Positions 50,525-63,244 of a stretch of DNA of 64,000 nt are shown here, one piece after another. Position 1 is the stretch's first letter. Each line of letters begins with the position of its first letter. The notes beneath the pieces are model-generated. The model saw only the letters and a program-made list of their open reading frames with translations, had not been told where the DNA came from and ran no database searches. Source of the stretch: Paramecium tetraurelia (lineage: Eukaryota). The position numbers were made by a program, and so were the translations under genes. The DNA lies in NCBI GenBank assembly GCA_000165425.1, contig CT868263.1, forward strand, positions 1 to 64,000, written 5' to 3'.

Positions 50525-51453
50525 TCAAATAGGTTCTATTAAGATATCGTTCTCAGCCCTTGATTTATAATGTCTAAATCCTGTGATTAATGCAGCAATT
50601 AGAAGAGCTCCTGCCCAGACCCATAATACCAAGTATCCATTAAAGCCTTCAAAAACACCAGTGGCTTAATAGAGTATTTCTTCGTCATGACACATGAGAT
50701 CGCAGTTATTACAAGAACATCTTTCGGATATAACAAATCCATCTGGTGTAACTATTTTGCCATCTGGACCAGCAGGATACTCATATTTGCAATTAGGAAC
50801 AAAATCAAAGTTAATAGTCTCTTCGTCATTATCAACGAACTTGACTGATATGAATTATTTAGCTTAACCACTAATACATAAATAAAAGAATATACACTGC
50901 CTGTTCTCCTTGGAAATTAAAGAATCCTCCTGGAGTTTTCATAGCTGTTACTTAAGAAGCGAATTGTGTTCTCTTGCAAGATGACCATATGTCCTATATA
51001 GATTAAATAAAATTAGTTACACATGCCACTTAAGGTTTGACTTTAATTTCAACTTTCTAAACTGTCAATATATTCTTGGGATTTAGTGGGTCTTTCATGT
51101 TTTCATATCCGTTTGTGCTTAAGAAATTACTCTAATTAGGACTGCAAGTATACTCACACCAGAACTTCTTCAAATTATAGGCACATCTAAGAATGAGAAA
51201 ATATATCATACAAATCACATCCACCACCAGCATTGCCAAAAGAGGCATCAATGGCTTAGAAATTTCGTTGCATTTGGTCATCTTAATTCTTGTTGCAACA
51301 CACCATGGTTCCATCCATATGGGGACATTATGAAATACGAGCAACGAAGGGTTCAGTATCAACTTCTAATGGATCACAATTATTTCCTTGACATTCCACA
51401 GAGAATGCACATCGAGAATACGAATACGCAATGAACGTAAATAATATTATCAT
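50525..51453 (-). CDS. Stand-alone Niemann-Pick C1 N-terminal (sterol-binding)-like domain with a single C-terminal TM helix
   Basis: Signal peptide; CPHMDGTMVCCNKNQ..CDL|CAYNLKKFWCEYTCSPNQSNFL; CSCNNCDLMC; TM YLVLWVWAGALLIAALITGF; tail ENDILIEPI-TGA. Confidence 0.8.
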
Positions 51454-51488
51454 TAATTAAATAATATTATTATTTAAGGAAATTTAAA

Positions 51489-52998
51489 TCATCCCTAACT
51501 TTAATTTGATACATTTCTTTTATTACTTTCTGCTTCCTTTCTGGGAGTCTGAACGCTTTAGTATTGTTCCTATTTGACTATGCTTTATCTAGTAAACAAA
51601 AAGTATCGATATTTAAAGCATAAAAATAAAGTGATCAAAAAAATTAATATCATAGCGAGTACTTCTATTTTAAGAGTTTGATTTGATGACTCTTCATAAA
51701 CAGATTCTAAGTATATTTTTATAAATCACCTTTATAGGATAGATCTTCAAAGAATAATATTTTTGGCTGATATTAGGGTTTGTAAATTAGAGTATCTTGA
51801 AAATCGAGTTAGTGGACATATTTATAAATGGAATAAAAATGAGTGATATTGATGATGAGTCCAATTTCAACTGAGTATCTACCAAATAGAGAATTCAAGT
51901 TCTCAGTATTAATTGTAATTGTTATGTACTCCTACCCTAAAAGCTGACTTTGAGTTAGGTTTTATTATATCAATGTTGTTTTGGATAGTCGTAGATTGGT
52001 CCAATTAATATAAGTGATATAGGGCTTTAAAGTAAACTAGAATGAGCTTTTGAGATTCTATAAATCAAGAAATAATGGTTAAAAGTCAAACTTATAGAGT
52101 TGTTTCTCTTCTTCTTCTGAAAGAGCAAATTGAATGTAAAATTAAGGGTCATTCGGATCTTTAGGATTAGGAAGAGAAAATTTATACATTTACAATGATA
52201 AACCACTAATTCCTCTTGAATAATTGCTCCATATGACTTCGAAGCTTTCTTCTGACGAATACACTGAAGGATGGAGCAATTATAAATCATAGTTCCTACA
52301 AACTGCTCTCACATTCTACATTCAAACTAGATAATTACTTCAACAGATGTATCATTTTACAATTCAAAACAAGGAGGATTTCCATCTATCTTTTGGTTGT
52401 AATAATCTTTATCAATTACACTCTAACAATCTTTGTAGGGTTAATCTATTTCACAAATTATTCGGTTCCATTTCAAACATTAAATGTCATAAAAGTCAGG
52501 TGGGCATAAACATCCATATGACAATCTATATCTTATATCGCAGAGATCTTTTTTGGTTTCTAAATCATATTATTTTTTGGTAACTCTTTATTAAGAACAA
52601 TAAAATTATGTGACATTCAATAAAATCTATTGTCCAAAACCACAATAAATTGAACTTAAAGGCCCTTATTTATAATACTCATCAACAGTCGTATTAAAGA
52701 TTGGTCCTGTATTTGCTGGATCTTCTTGTAAAATTCGCATTCTTTATTCTAGTTCTTAAACAAAAGGTATTTATTGAATTTGATCTGTATAATATTCATT
52801 TTCATTCTCATCCTCATCTTCATTAAAATCTGAAAAGTCAATCATCTAAGATTTAAAACCAAAGTTTGAATCCATCATATTTTTTGGTGTCTATGTTATA
52901 AAATATTAGGCTTTATATCTAAGGTCTTCATATAGTTTGCTGATATCTTTAAGTAAAGTAGCATTAATAGTATTGAGTATCAAATATAATAATACCAT
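51489..52998 (-). CDS. Type I single-pass membrane protein with an EGF-like Cys motif
   Basis: Signal-like MVLLYLILNTINA; YGCLCPPDFYDIQC; TM VLAMILIFLITLFLCF followed by KYR. Confidence 0.65.
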
Positions 52999-53014
52999 AT
53001 ATTTTATAAATTTA

Positions 53015-54598
53015 TCAAAGGAGATTTTTATATTTCAATGCACTCTTGAATAAGCATTCAATAGGACTTTGTTAGTATTAGTCATACCCTACAATCTTAG
53101 TTTGATCTTTAGGTATAAGCATATAAATCTATGCTTCTCCATCGTCATCATGTATTTAATGTACAAACTTCCCACCTAAGGATTCTACCAAATATTCTAA
53201 TTCGAAATGTTCAATATGGTAGTTCATTCTCTTCGGAACAAATATTATCACTCCTTCTAAAGGTAGTATTTTAGCTTCCTTACTAGAATATTACACTAAA
53301 TGTTTACCATTTTAAGAGTCTTTTTTAATATTGCTTAAAATCAAAATTGTATTCTTTGCAAAACTCATTAGAAAACTTGACTTGATACTAGTTGTGATCA
53401 AGAATCTCATACTAATTTATAGATCTGGTTAACCAATCTCTAGAAATGATAGGGATTCCTTTAGCCAAAGCAATCAATAATTTAATTGATCTCAATGAGA
53501 CATTGTCTTCCATAATTAACATATTAAAATTGTAATCTTCTAAACATACTTGAATATTCTAAATTAATAAAAACTATTATTCTTCTCTGCTTGGGTGAAA
53601 TCCTGAAAAAGCTATATAGAACTTCCATCTGCTGCACTTTCTTTGACTCATCCTATTACTTTCTTTTTTTATTTCTTTTGACAATTTATGATGACTCTTC
53701 TTTTTAGGAGAACTTTCCCTATCTTTTCGTTATGGCATAATTAAGTAATCTAAAGTGGATTATTTCTTTTTCTATTTTGTCTTATTTGCTCCACTTTTTT
53801 TATCCTTTGAGTTCTTGTTAAAATCAGGAGTTCCACGAGATAACATTTCAGTTTATTACTCATAATCACTGAATTAAAACAAATCAGATCTTTAATTACT
53901 TTCATTCTTCTTTTTCAATTCGTCATTATCCCTCTAATCCTTATGTTTTGATGCATTGTTTTCTTGTTGCTAATTAAAAGAAACAGAGTTGATATCTTCA
54001 TCTTATTTTAAATCAACATTAACTTATTCTTGTTCATGATTAGAATGTAAAAATTGCAATTCATTTGAAGGTGATGTGTATAAACTCTCGACTACTTTTA
54101 CCTCTATGGTAGATAGTCGTTCTTGTAAATTGAATTCTTTGGGTTCCGGTTATGGTTCCTTTTATATTTCCTTTTAAGGCTACTATTTGACTTGAGAGGG
54201 ATTCTACGTTCCATCAAGCACTTAAACTTTAGCTTCTATAGTTTACCCTAATCGAATTAAAAAATCCGCGGATTCAATATTTAAACTAATTTAACGAATC
54301 ATTGTACCTAAGAACGGAATTCTTAGCCAATTATTCAAATTCTCCATCTGCATTCTTATAAAAGACTGGACCATCCAAAACTATAAGTTCTATCTCATCT
54401 TCATTCACAACAACACAACAATGGTTATTCACAATTTATTTATTATTTATACAAACCTCATGTTCCTGTGTATTTCCAACCATGTTCGCTCCAATTTATA
54501 AATTGAACTTAATTGGAAGGGCTAATGCTTTAAATCATAAGAGTACCACTTTTATAAGGTAATATAACGAACTTGACTATTTTCTAAGTAAAAAACAT
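53015..54598 (-). CDS. FHA-like domain + disordered linker + tandem BRCT protein (MDC1-like architecture)
   Basis: FNLQIGANMVGNTQEHEVCINNKQIVNNHCCV; C-terminal IAFSGF..RSIKLLIALAKGIPIISRDWL..PLEGVIIFV..LVESLGGK; TGA 53015-53017. Confidence 0.65.
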
Positions 54599-54641
54599 AA
54601 TAAAAATAATGATATAAATTCACTGATTAAACATATAATTA

Positions 54642-57010
54642 TCAAAGAAATTCATGAATTGATTAGAGATAACCCTTTAAGCCTCTTAAAATTTCCACCT
54701 TGTAATGAACATTATTATGGATTTCTGATATGTATGCTTGCTTCAAATCATTGCTTTCCTTGTACTTTTTTAAGATAATAATGGCCTCCAATAGAATCAT
54801 AACCTAATTGATAAGAATTTCTTTGCGTTCTCTATTTATGTGTAACTATAATAATAGATAATCTCTACCGCAAATCTTCTTGAGAATGATATTTAGGTAT
54901 CTAATTCTTTAATGTCTTAGGCTAATTCCTAAGAGTAGGAATTAAGATAATGCTACAATAATTATATACAAAACTGCATCACAAATACTTCATAATCAAC
55001 TGAAACCGGTATAGTGATATACACATCCTTTTCTTAGACTTTATAAAGCATTAGATACAATCTCAAATACATAATCAAGTCCATATTGAGTTTTTTCTTT
55101 TTGATTCTGAACTCCTTTGTAATTGATGAGACAGGAATTTCATATCCATTAAATTTGATCTTACCCGTGTCCCATTCCTTAGAACTAATCAACTTATTAA
55201 TAGTAATAGTGTCAAAGATCTACTTCTAACTTTACATCTTTTCTTTACTAATTTCTGTATTGAGCCATAACTTTATTAGAAACAAATTCTTACTCTAAAA
55301 TTAAAGGAACTGTATTTATTTTCAGGTAAAGTAAATCCATACCAGCTGAGTAAGAATCTATTGGTTCTTCTTCCATAAGACACAGTAACTTATTCATATT
55401 GCTTTATTGGTTCTGTAGTTGTTATACAAAAATAAGCCTCTTAATCATTCTCCTCAAGCCAATCCCAGTTAGACTCTTCACTGTCATCACTCTCATTCTC
55501 TTTATCCTACTATTCTTATTATTCCATCATTTATTGCTGATTCTATTTCAAAGTTTAGATCTATTATGTAGGCAAGCCTTAGATGGTTAATTAGTTTTTC
55601 TTTTCTAGGATAAGAAAAAACAATAATACCATTATTTAGACTGATTGTCACAATATTCTCACTATCTGTTTTATATCCTCCTTCGTTTTATTGATTATTT
55701 AGCTCTTAATTTTATTACTAAATTGTAATTTCTTATATATTTATCCCTTACTTTTAATTCTTCTATTGTTTTTCTTCTTTTAATTTAATTTTCCATTCTA
55801 TTAACTCTTTTTGTCTCACCGATTCTAATTGCTAGTTTCTGGCTAGTTCAAGGTCCTCATCAGAATCATTGTCTTCACTATCTGAGGATGTAACGAATCC
55901 CAAATCCCAAAGGTTGACCTCTGGTTTTTGTATCATTTTCTCATAATTGATCCAATTAATCATAGATCTTTTAACTTCATTTGACAGATTTTCCAAATTA
56001 TCTATATCTTTTAATTGATTTTCTGTTAGATACTGCTAGTGTTATAAAATAAAGGTCTTCTTTTAATCTTCAAATTATTTGATCTTAGATTCGTCTTATT
56101 GTATCTTAAGAGCACTTAAATTAATTTTATTCCCTTTTATTTTATAATACTCCTACACCAATCTTATAAATGAATCTTCCATATTTTGTAGATCATCAAT
56201 ATCACTGTTAGAATCTTGGTTATTTCTCCTATTATTTTTAGCTTGAAGTCTTTCTTATTCTAGCTTCTCAACTTTGGAGTGAACAAAGTAATGAGTACAA
56301 GCTTTATTGGAATGATTGAGAAAATCAGCAATAGGAATCATGCTGGTGGATTTCAAAGACCAACCAAAGGATCTACTCATAACACTTTAAGCAGCCCAAT
56401 AAAAATCTTGTTTATCAGTCGGTCTTACTTCTCCAAAGATTTGGATAAATTCATTAAATATATCTTATGCATAATTCCATAAGACTTTTAAATCCTCGCT
56501 TACAATAGCAAATTCATCAAGTACTATTGGATCTTCAATTTAGCTAAGTTCTTCTTTGGTCCAATCTATTAGGGTATTATTGGTTTGTATGGCTTGTATG
56601 TATGGATAAAAAAATGATTGTTCCCCCTTTTTCTTCTCATTGAACAAATAAAAAACTAGACTCCTGATGTAAATTGTTACTTAGGATATTGAATTCAGCA
56701 TCGGAGGTCTAATTTTCATCGAATAGCTCAGGATGCTTATCGTAGACAATGGATAATGAACTCAACTTGCATTTTTCTTGGGATATGATCAAAGTTTAAG
56801 GGACACAGATGATTGCCTTAAAGTTATAAAATAGTAAAATACTGTATTGGCAGGAATATCTTATGTTGCAACAACGCCAGTGAGTTCTCCAAAGGCTGCT
56901 GGGAGATCTACATCTTTAATGATCACACCATTATCTAATCCCCACTTTAAGAGATTTTAATATTTTGGATTTAGCTTTAAATCATGAGTTTTCTTTTGGT
57001 CGAATTGCAT
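54642..57010 (-). CDS. SET-domain lysine methyltransferase (Rubisco LSMT/SETD3-type) with a long acidic insertion
   Basis: NLLKWGLDNG, GVVATQDIPAN..ICVP, LVPIADFLNH, followed by a charged insert and a helical C-terminal region. Confidence 0.82.
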
Positions 57011-57051
57011 ATGAGAAAATAAAATAAATTATTATGTAAATAAAAAAAGAG

Positions 57052-58479
57052 TCAGTCACGATTTAAATTCAACAACTTATTAAGAGGTGAATGGGTTTTA
57101 GTCGCTTCAACTAAGAATTAATAGTAGGAGTGCCAATCAAAATGAGATTGATTATTCTTTTTAACCTACTTCAAAAACTCAACCTTCAATTGTTGAATCA
57201 AACTATTGACACTCTAGATACTCTTGAAATCCTTCATCTTCTTCATCTGCTACTTGAAGGTATCTCTCAATAGTTTATCGATATAGATGATGGGTATCAA
57301 CCCACATTACTACTCATCGTAATTGTCAAAGACTTTCTTCATTAACACCTATGGAGTTTATCTTCTTTGCATAGATTCTTCAGAACATAAGTATTGCATC
57401 CATTCGCATCTCTCAATAATGTTATTATGGTTGGTATCAATGATTGACATTTCTTGATTGATTCTAAAATAATCTGGTTCTTCATCTTCATATAACCAAA
57501 TAAGTAATTTGAGATCCTTAATATTGATAATGGACAATTGATTGACATCAGTTATTGAATACACATTCCATGCTCTGATGATATCCAAATAATCACTCCT
57601 CTTAACCGAGATATTTTAGAGGAGATGTTAATTTTTCTTATGATCAGCCTTCCAAGCCCAGAGATCTTTTTGTTATTGTGAACTCTCTTCCTATCCAATA
57701 CTTTTAGATCTCAATGTATATTCTATGATCATATAAAAAAGAGTGTCAATTGATAATTCATCAATTCCCTTATAAATTTGATATAAATTCTATTGCAATT
57801 TAATGGCTGGCACTTAAGGAGCCTTACATTCTCTTAACCATTTATTAAACTATTACTCAGATTCATCCATCGCATTTACCATTCGTTTTAAAGCATATTA
57901 ATAAGTTTAGGTTCCAGAATACTATAACATAAACTCTTGCAATTCGTCATATTAAATAGTCCATTCATAGAACTCATCAAAATCAACATGTTTATTTTTA
58001 TCTTCATCCATCATCTAAAAACAGACATAACCCAATTTCTCTAACATACTTACAGATGGAATCACCAGTCCAGCTATTTTACACATGGCTCGAACTGCAC
58101 ATTACAATGTACTTACCATCTCTTACTCTTCTAATGTGTTTGACAAATCAAAATCAAATAATCTAAAAACAAACATACATTTAGTTTCGAAACTCTCTCC
58201 ACTAAATATTGCAAAAGCAGCCAGTGCTTCAAAAGTATGCACTGATAATTTGCCATCCTCTCCAGTCTAATCAGCCAATCTACGAAAGAGATCGATGCAA
58301 TTATCAGTTAATGTTGCGAAAATATCATCGAATTACTCCTAATTCAAATAGCAACTCTATGGGTAGTATTTGTCTATTGTATCAACACAATCAAAAAGTT
58401 CTCTCATTGTTATACTCTTTAATTTAACTATGAGGGATGGATCAAATTAAGTTGCATGTTTCTGAAATATTTACCCCAT
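57052..58479 (-). CDS. Multi-EF-hand protein with a possible N-myristoylation site
   Basis: MGQIF; FRLFDFDLSNTLEEQE, MMDEDKNKHVDFDEF, IIDTNHNNIIERCEW, VFDNYDEQQCGLI. Confidence 0.85.
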
Positions 58480-58509
58480 TGTTTAGTATATATATATATA
58501 ATAATGTAA

Positions 58510-59343
58510 TCAATTTTTATATAATTTATCGTCCTCCCATTCTCCATTAACTTCGTATCCATCATATCTGATTAAAGTACCAATACCATTTCTTTTCCCA
58601 TTTATGAACTACATTTTAACTAAGAGAATTACATATCCCTCATAATAACTTCCATCTGGGTATGTGTACACTCCATATCCATTTATATCATTATTTTGGA
58701 ATTAACCCTTGTAAGTGCTACCGTCTCCCCAAAACATCTTCCCATCTCCATCCATCTTATTATATTTGAATTATCCTTCATATCTAAATTTTATTAAAAA
58801 AGGTCATACTTCGATCCATTACTTGACAAGTACACTCCTTCTCCATCTCTCATCCCTGTATTAAAATTCCCACAATAAATGGAGCCATTCTTGAAATATT
58901 CCTCTCCGTAACCATGCTTCTCGTTATTTTCCCATTCTCCCTTATAAACTGAAGACTTATGATTAACATATTCACCATATCCCTGAAATCTGTTATTTAG
59001 AATATTTCCAGAGTAACTAAACAGAATAACTTAAATATTTACTATTCATCCTGACTATACTGTAGCTTGCACATTCCATTTGCTTTTCCATTAATCCAAT
59101 TACTTAAATATTAACCTCTATAAATTACCCTTCCAAAACTGATCCATTTGGGTAGATCAGAATACCAAACCCATGTGGCTCATTATTTTCCATCTCGCCA
59201 ATATAAACCAAACCGTCTTCTAGAACCATCGCATTCGTTAAATTTTCCTTCTTCAATATTGCTTCTTAACACTTTGTGAGTTTCTCACTTAGATCTACAG
59301 AATCTGAGTTTGTGGTACTGTTCTCAGAGCATATAGTGTGCAT
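58510..59343 (-). CDS. MORN-repeat protein
   Basis: YIGEMENNEPHGFG..YPNG, YKGEWENNEKHG, FWGDGSTYKG, YPDGSYYEG repeats. Confidence 0.88.
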
Positions 59344-59739
59344 ATGAATAAATAAATCTAAAATTATTCGAAATCTCTCTATTTTTGATGGTGATAAATC
59401 ATAAATTTTAAATCATACTAAGTGTTTATAATTAGAATTATGAATTAAAATCCGATTTTTGAATAATTCGATTCTGTAACACTCATAATTTTTACTCTAC
59501 AAGTGTGTAATTTACAATATTAAATAATAGCGACATATGATCGCTTTTAATAGTCTAATAGACTTGAAATTATAGGAAAAACTCAGACTCATTAGAGATC
59601 GATTTCCAAATTAAGTTTTTGTCAACGCCTTAAAGTTGAGAAAATTTGTTTTATAAATTAGGAGTCGTTTATTTTAGATTGTGATTTCTCTGAATCAATA
59701 ATACTTGTAGAATGATTTTATTTCGTAATATTGATTATA

Positions 59740-61123
59740 ATGAATTATTAAACAGTTTGGGAGTAAATTAAGGTTTATGAACCCCATTGTCAAGATTTCC
59801 ATTTCCTTGATCTCCAAAGGGTTAATGCTAAATTAACAATCACTAACAATTATATTTATTATGGGTAATTTGAAAACAATCAAAGACATGGAAAAGGTTA
59901 TTTCAAGATCTCTATGACATAGGCATACTTTTATAATAAAACGGACGCAAATACGAAGGCTAATGGCAACATGATTAGAAGCAAGGTTATGGATGGGAAT
60001 TTTTGGCCAATGGATCTCAATATGAGGGCAATTATGTAACCGGAAAACCTCACGGGCAAGGCAAATTCATTTGGGCCAATGGAGAAGTGTATGAAGGTCA
60101 ATGGAACCAAGGGGTAAAAGAGGGTTAAGGTACTAAAGTTCAATTATTCTATCAAAAGGCACATGGCATGGATTGAACGGAGAACAATATTAAGGGGAAT
60201 GGAGCAATAACATAGCTTTTGGGTATGGCGAACATATTCAAAGTAATGGAGATCGGTATGTTGGACATATCAAAGGCTGGCTTAAAAATGGAGAAGGTTA
60301 AGAATACTTTAGCAATGGAGACATGTATTAAGGGAACTATCTAAATGGCAAACCGCATGGATATGGAGAATACTATTGGAGTAATGGAGCGGTATTTTAA
60401 GGTTATTTTAAAGATGGATTGAGGTATGGAAAAGGAATTTGGAAAAGAAGACTAGATTCCCCAACGGATCAATATCAAGGGGAATATGATGAAGATAAGA
60501 AAAATGGATATGGAATATATAAATGGTCTAATGGCAATGAGTATCGGGGAGCCTTCATCAATGATTACAAACATGGATATGGAGAAATGCATTATGTTGA
60601 TGGCATGGTACTAAAGGGAAATTGGGAATAAGGGAAATTAGTGAGCGAAATTAAATCAAATTCCCCTAAAAAAACATAGTCATCACTCAATAATCACATG
60701 AAAATAATCGATAACACTCATTGCTTCAATAAAAGTTGTCGAAATAAGAATAAATATATTGAGATTCAATTCGATAATAATAATTAAGTCTAGAACAATG
60801 GTTACAATGACTCTGAAAATGACAGGCTCAGTAATTCAAACTTAGATGGAGAAAATAGTAATAAAAATGTGTATAAACAAAATAATCCATCAACTTCTTA
60901 AACACATAGAACCACAAAAACGATTCGAATAAGGTAGTATTAAAAGGATAAATCCTTAAGTATGAGTCAATAGAATTAATATTATGGATCATCAAGTCCC
61001 AACAGAGATATTTCAGAGAAGAATGTAAAACAAAAAACCTAAACTAAATTCTGCATCAGGACTTCAGATAATTACTACCTACAGATAAGAAGACCCAAAA
61101 TACACTCCTAATACTGCAATTGA
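59740..61123 (+). CDS. MORN-repeat protein with a low-complexity tail
   Basis: NGRKYEGQW, NGSQYEGNY, WANGEVYEGQW, YQGEYDEDKKNGYGIYKWSNG; TGA 61121-61123; start approximate. Confidence 0.88.
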
Positions 61124-61187
61124 TTACACTTACTATTCATTTTTATATACATACACTTAAAAAGTCCAAAATAATAAATAAAAATAT

Positions 61188-62001
61188 ATGGATATGTAGT
61201 TGTTAAGAGTTTATCTTCTCCGACATGGACATTCAATGTATCAGAGTCTAAAAATCGTATCAGGCTAGAATGAATTGGGTTTGAGTGGATTAGGTGTAGT
61301 GTAATCAAAGAGAGTTGGTAATCTATTACAATCTGTAAAATTTGATTAAGTCTACACTAGTGATTATAAGAGATATAATAGTTAATAGCTTAAAGATGTA
61401 TAGAATCTTATTCTCATATTGAAAGCCAGCTCAAATTAAAACCAAGAGTCATCACATATACCACATTATAAAGGGAAGTCGATTAAGGCGATGAAACGTT
61501 AAAGTCTTACTAGGAAGTCTATGTCTTAGTCAAACCAAAACAACCTTCAAGTCTAAATCTAGAAATCTAAGAAAGAGTGGAAGCCTTTCTCGACCAACTT
61601 ATTAGAGATTAAATATACAAAAAATCTTATAAATTTGTAATTAACTATATAATATTAGTTCTCATAGAGTGATTCATTGCATCTTAATCATAATTTTGAT
61701 ACGAATAACTTATATAACCCCTCTGTTTAATAGTTCAGCTCTTATTCTAAAGGATCAGGGATGATTAATATTTTAGTTTTGAGTCATGCTGGATTGATAG
61801 CAGAAACTCTGAAATATCTCTATCAAAGAAATAATTCTCATTAAACTAATTCTTAATACCCATACATCTATGCTAGAAATGCAGCTATATTTTAATTAGA
61901 TTTCAAAATAAATAATCAAAAAAATTGGAATTGCAATGTGGCATTGATGAATTCTAAAAGAAAAATAAATACTACTTTTGACTCGATCATTTGAATCTTG
62001 A
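61188..62001 (+). CDS. Histidine phosphatase (phosphoglycerate mutase family)
   Basis: VYLLRHGHS, LSGLGVVQS, VYTSDYKR, REVDQG (after splicing), NILVLSHAGLI. Confidence 0.8.
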
Positions 62002-62336
62002 ATAATCTAAACAATATTGTAGTCAATATTTAGTATTTGAATAATATAATTTCTGATTTTTGTTCATTATTCCATATTTCAATTACTATTTCAAAATACA
62101 TATTAAATTCTATTTTTGGACATGATCTCAGTCCAATTTAGGAATTTGGTAACTTAGATCCTAATCTTAATTAAGGGGAAAGAAAATAGAATAAAATTCA
62201 GTTTAAGTTAACTATATTTGGAATAGATACAATTATTAATCAAAATGATGTTGTTAAAATATAATGAAAGAAATTTATTAAATTAGTGATTTTTCTCAAG
62301 TAAGTATTTTTGATAATTCGAATTCACCAAAAAAAT

Positions 62337-63069
62337 TCAAATTATTAAGTTCTTAACTACCATAGACACTCCATGAACCAACGAATTTGTATTCCTCCTT
62401 GTTATATTTGCCCTTAAACTATTGTAGTAAATATAAATGGTCACTTCTATCACTTTTTTCCAACAATTCAGAATCCAGGCTTGTTCTCAGGTGAATTTAA
62501 ATATCTTGCTCTGAGTTTAAGGATATATGTCCTTCAGCTGACCAAGGGTCACGATCTTATTCAAGTTTGATTGAAAGTTCTAGTTTATTATAAGAAGTGA
62601 GAAATGACTAGAATCTCAGTATTTTTAGAGTTGAGAAATTCTTAAAATTGAAGCTGGTTAACTTCCATAAAGAAAATTGCATCTAATCTTACATGCTATT
62701 GAGTGTAATGAGGTTGGATTGAAGAGACAAACGTGTTTCCTATAGTAATTTCTATTTAATTTCTTTTTTAACTTTATTTCTTCGGCTGACCTCGACGATC
62801 GTTCCACATACACATATTAGCAGAAAGAGACAAATTAATAGTACTATTAATACGTAACCATCACTGTCCTCTGAATTCTGTTCTGACGTAATTGTTTATG
62901 TATTTTAAGAGCTCTAATCAACGTCTATTTCTGATAGAAACCTAACTTTTGTAGAAACTGATTTCTCTTGTTGTTCTTTAGTTCGAACGATTAGTTAAAC
63001 TAGTTGATGTAACATCTTATAAATTAAATCTTTATTATTGCAACACATCATATTTGTTTTAATGAGCAT
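62337..63069 (-). CDS. Hypothetical single-pass membrane protein
   Basis: Open table-6 frame with TM YVLIVLLICLFLLICVCGTIV followed by basic residues; start uncertain. Confidence 0.5.
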
Positions 63070-63244
63070 AATCCATATTATAATAAAACACAGATTCAGA
63101 TAATATTATCATTTAACATCTATTTAAAAATATTTTAATAAACAAAATTTCGAATATATATAGCAAGAGAAGGAAAGATCGCATCAAGATACACATAATA
63201 ATTTAATTTGACATTTATACTCTTTTATAACAAATACCCATATT

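Noticed and set aside
51489..54598. BRCT protein fused to the downstream membrane protein
   Set aside because: Careful reading gives KYKNLL-TGA at 53015-53017; the next gene starts at 52998 with a signal peptide.
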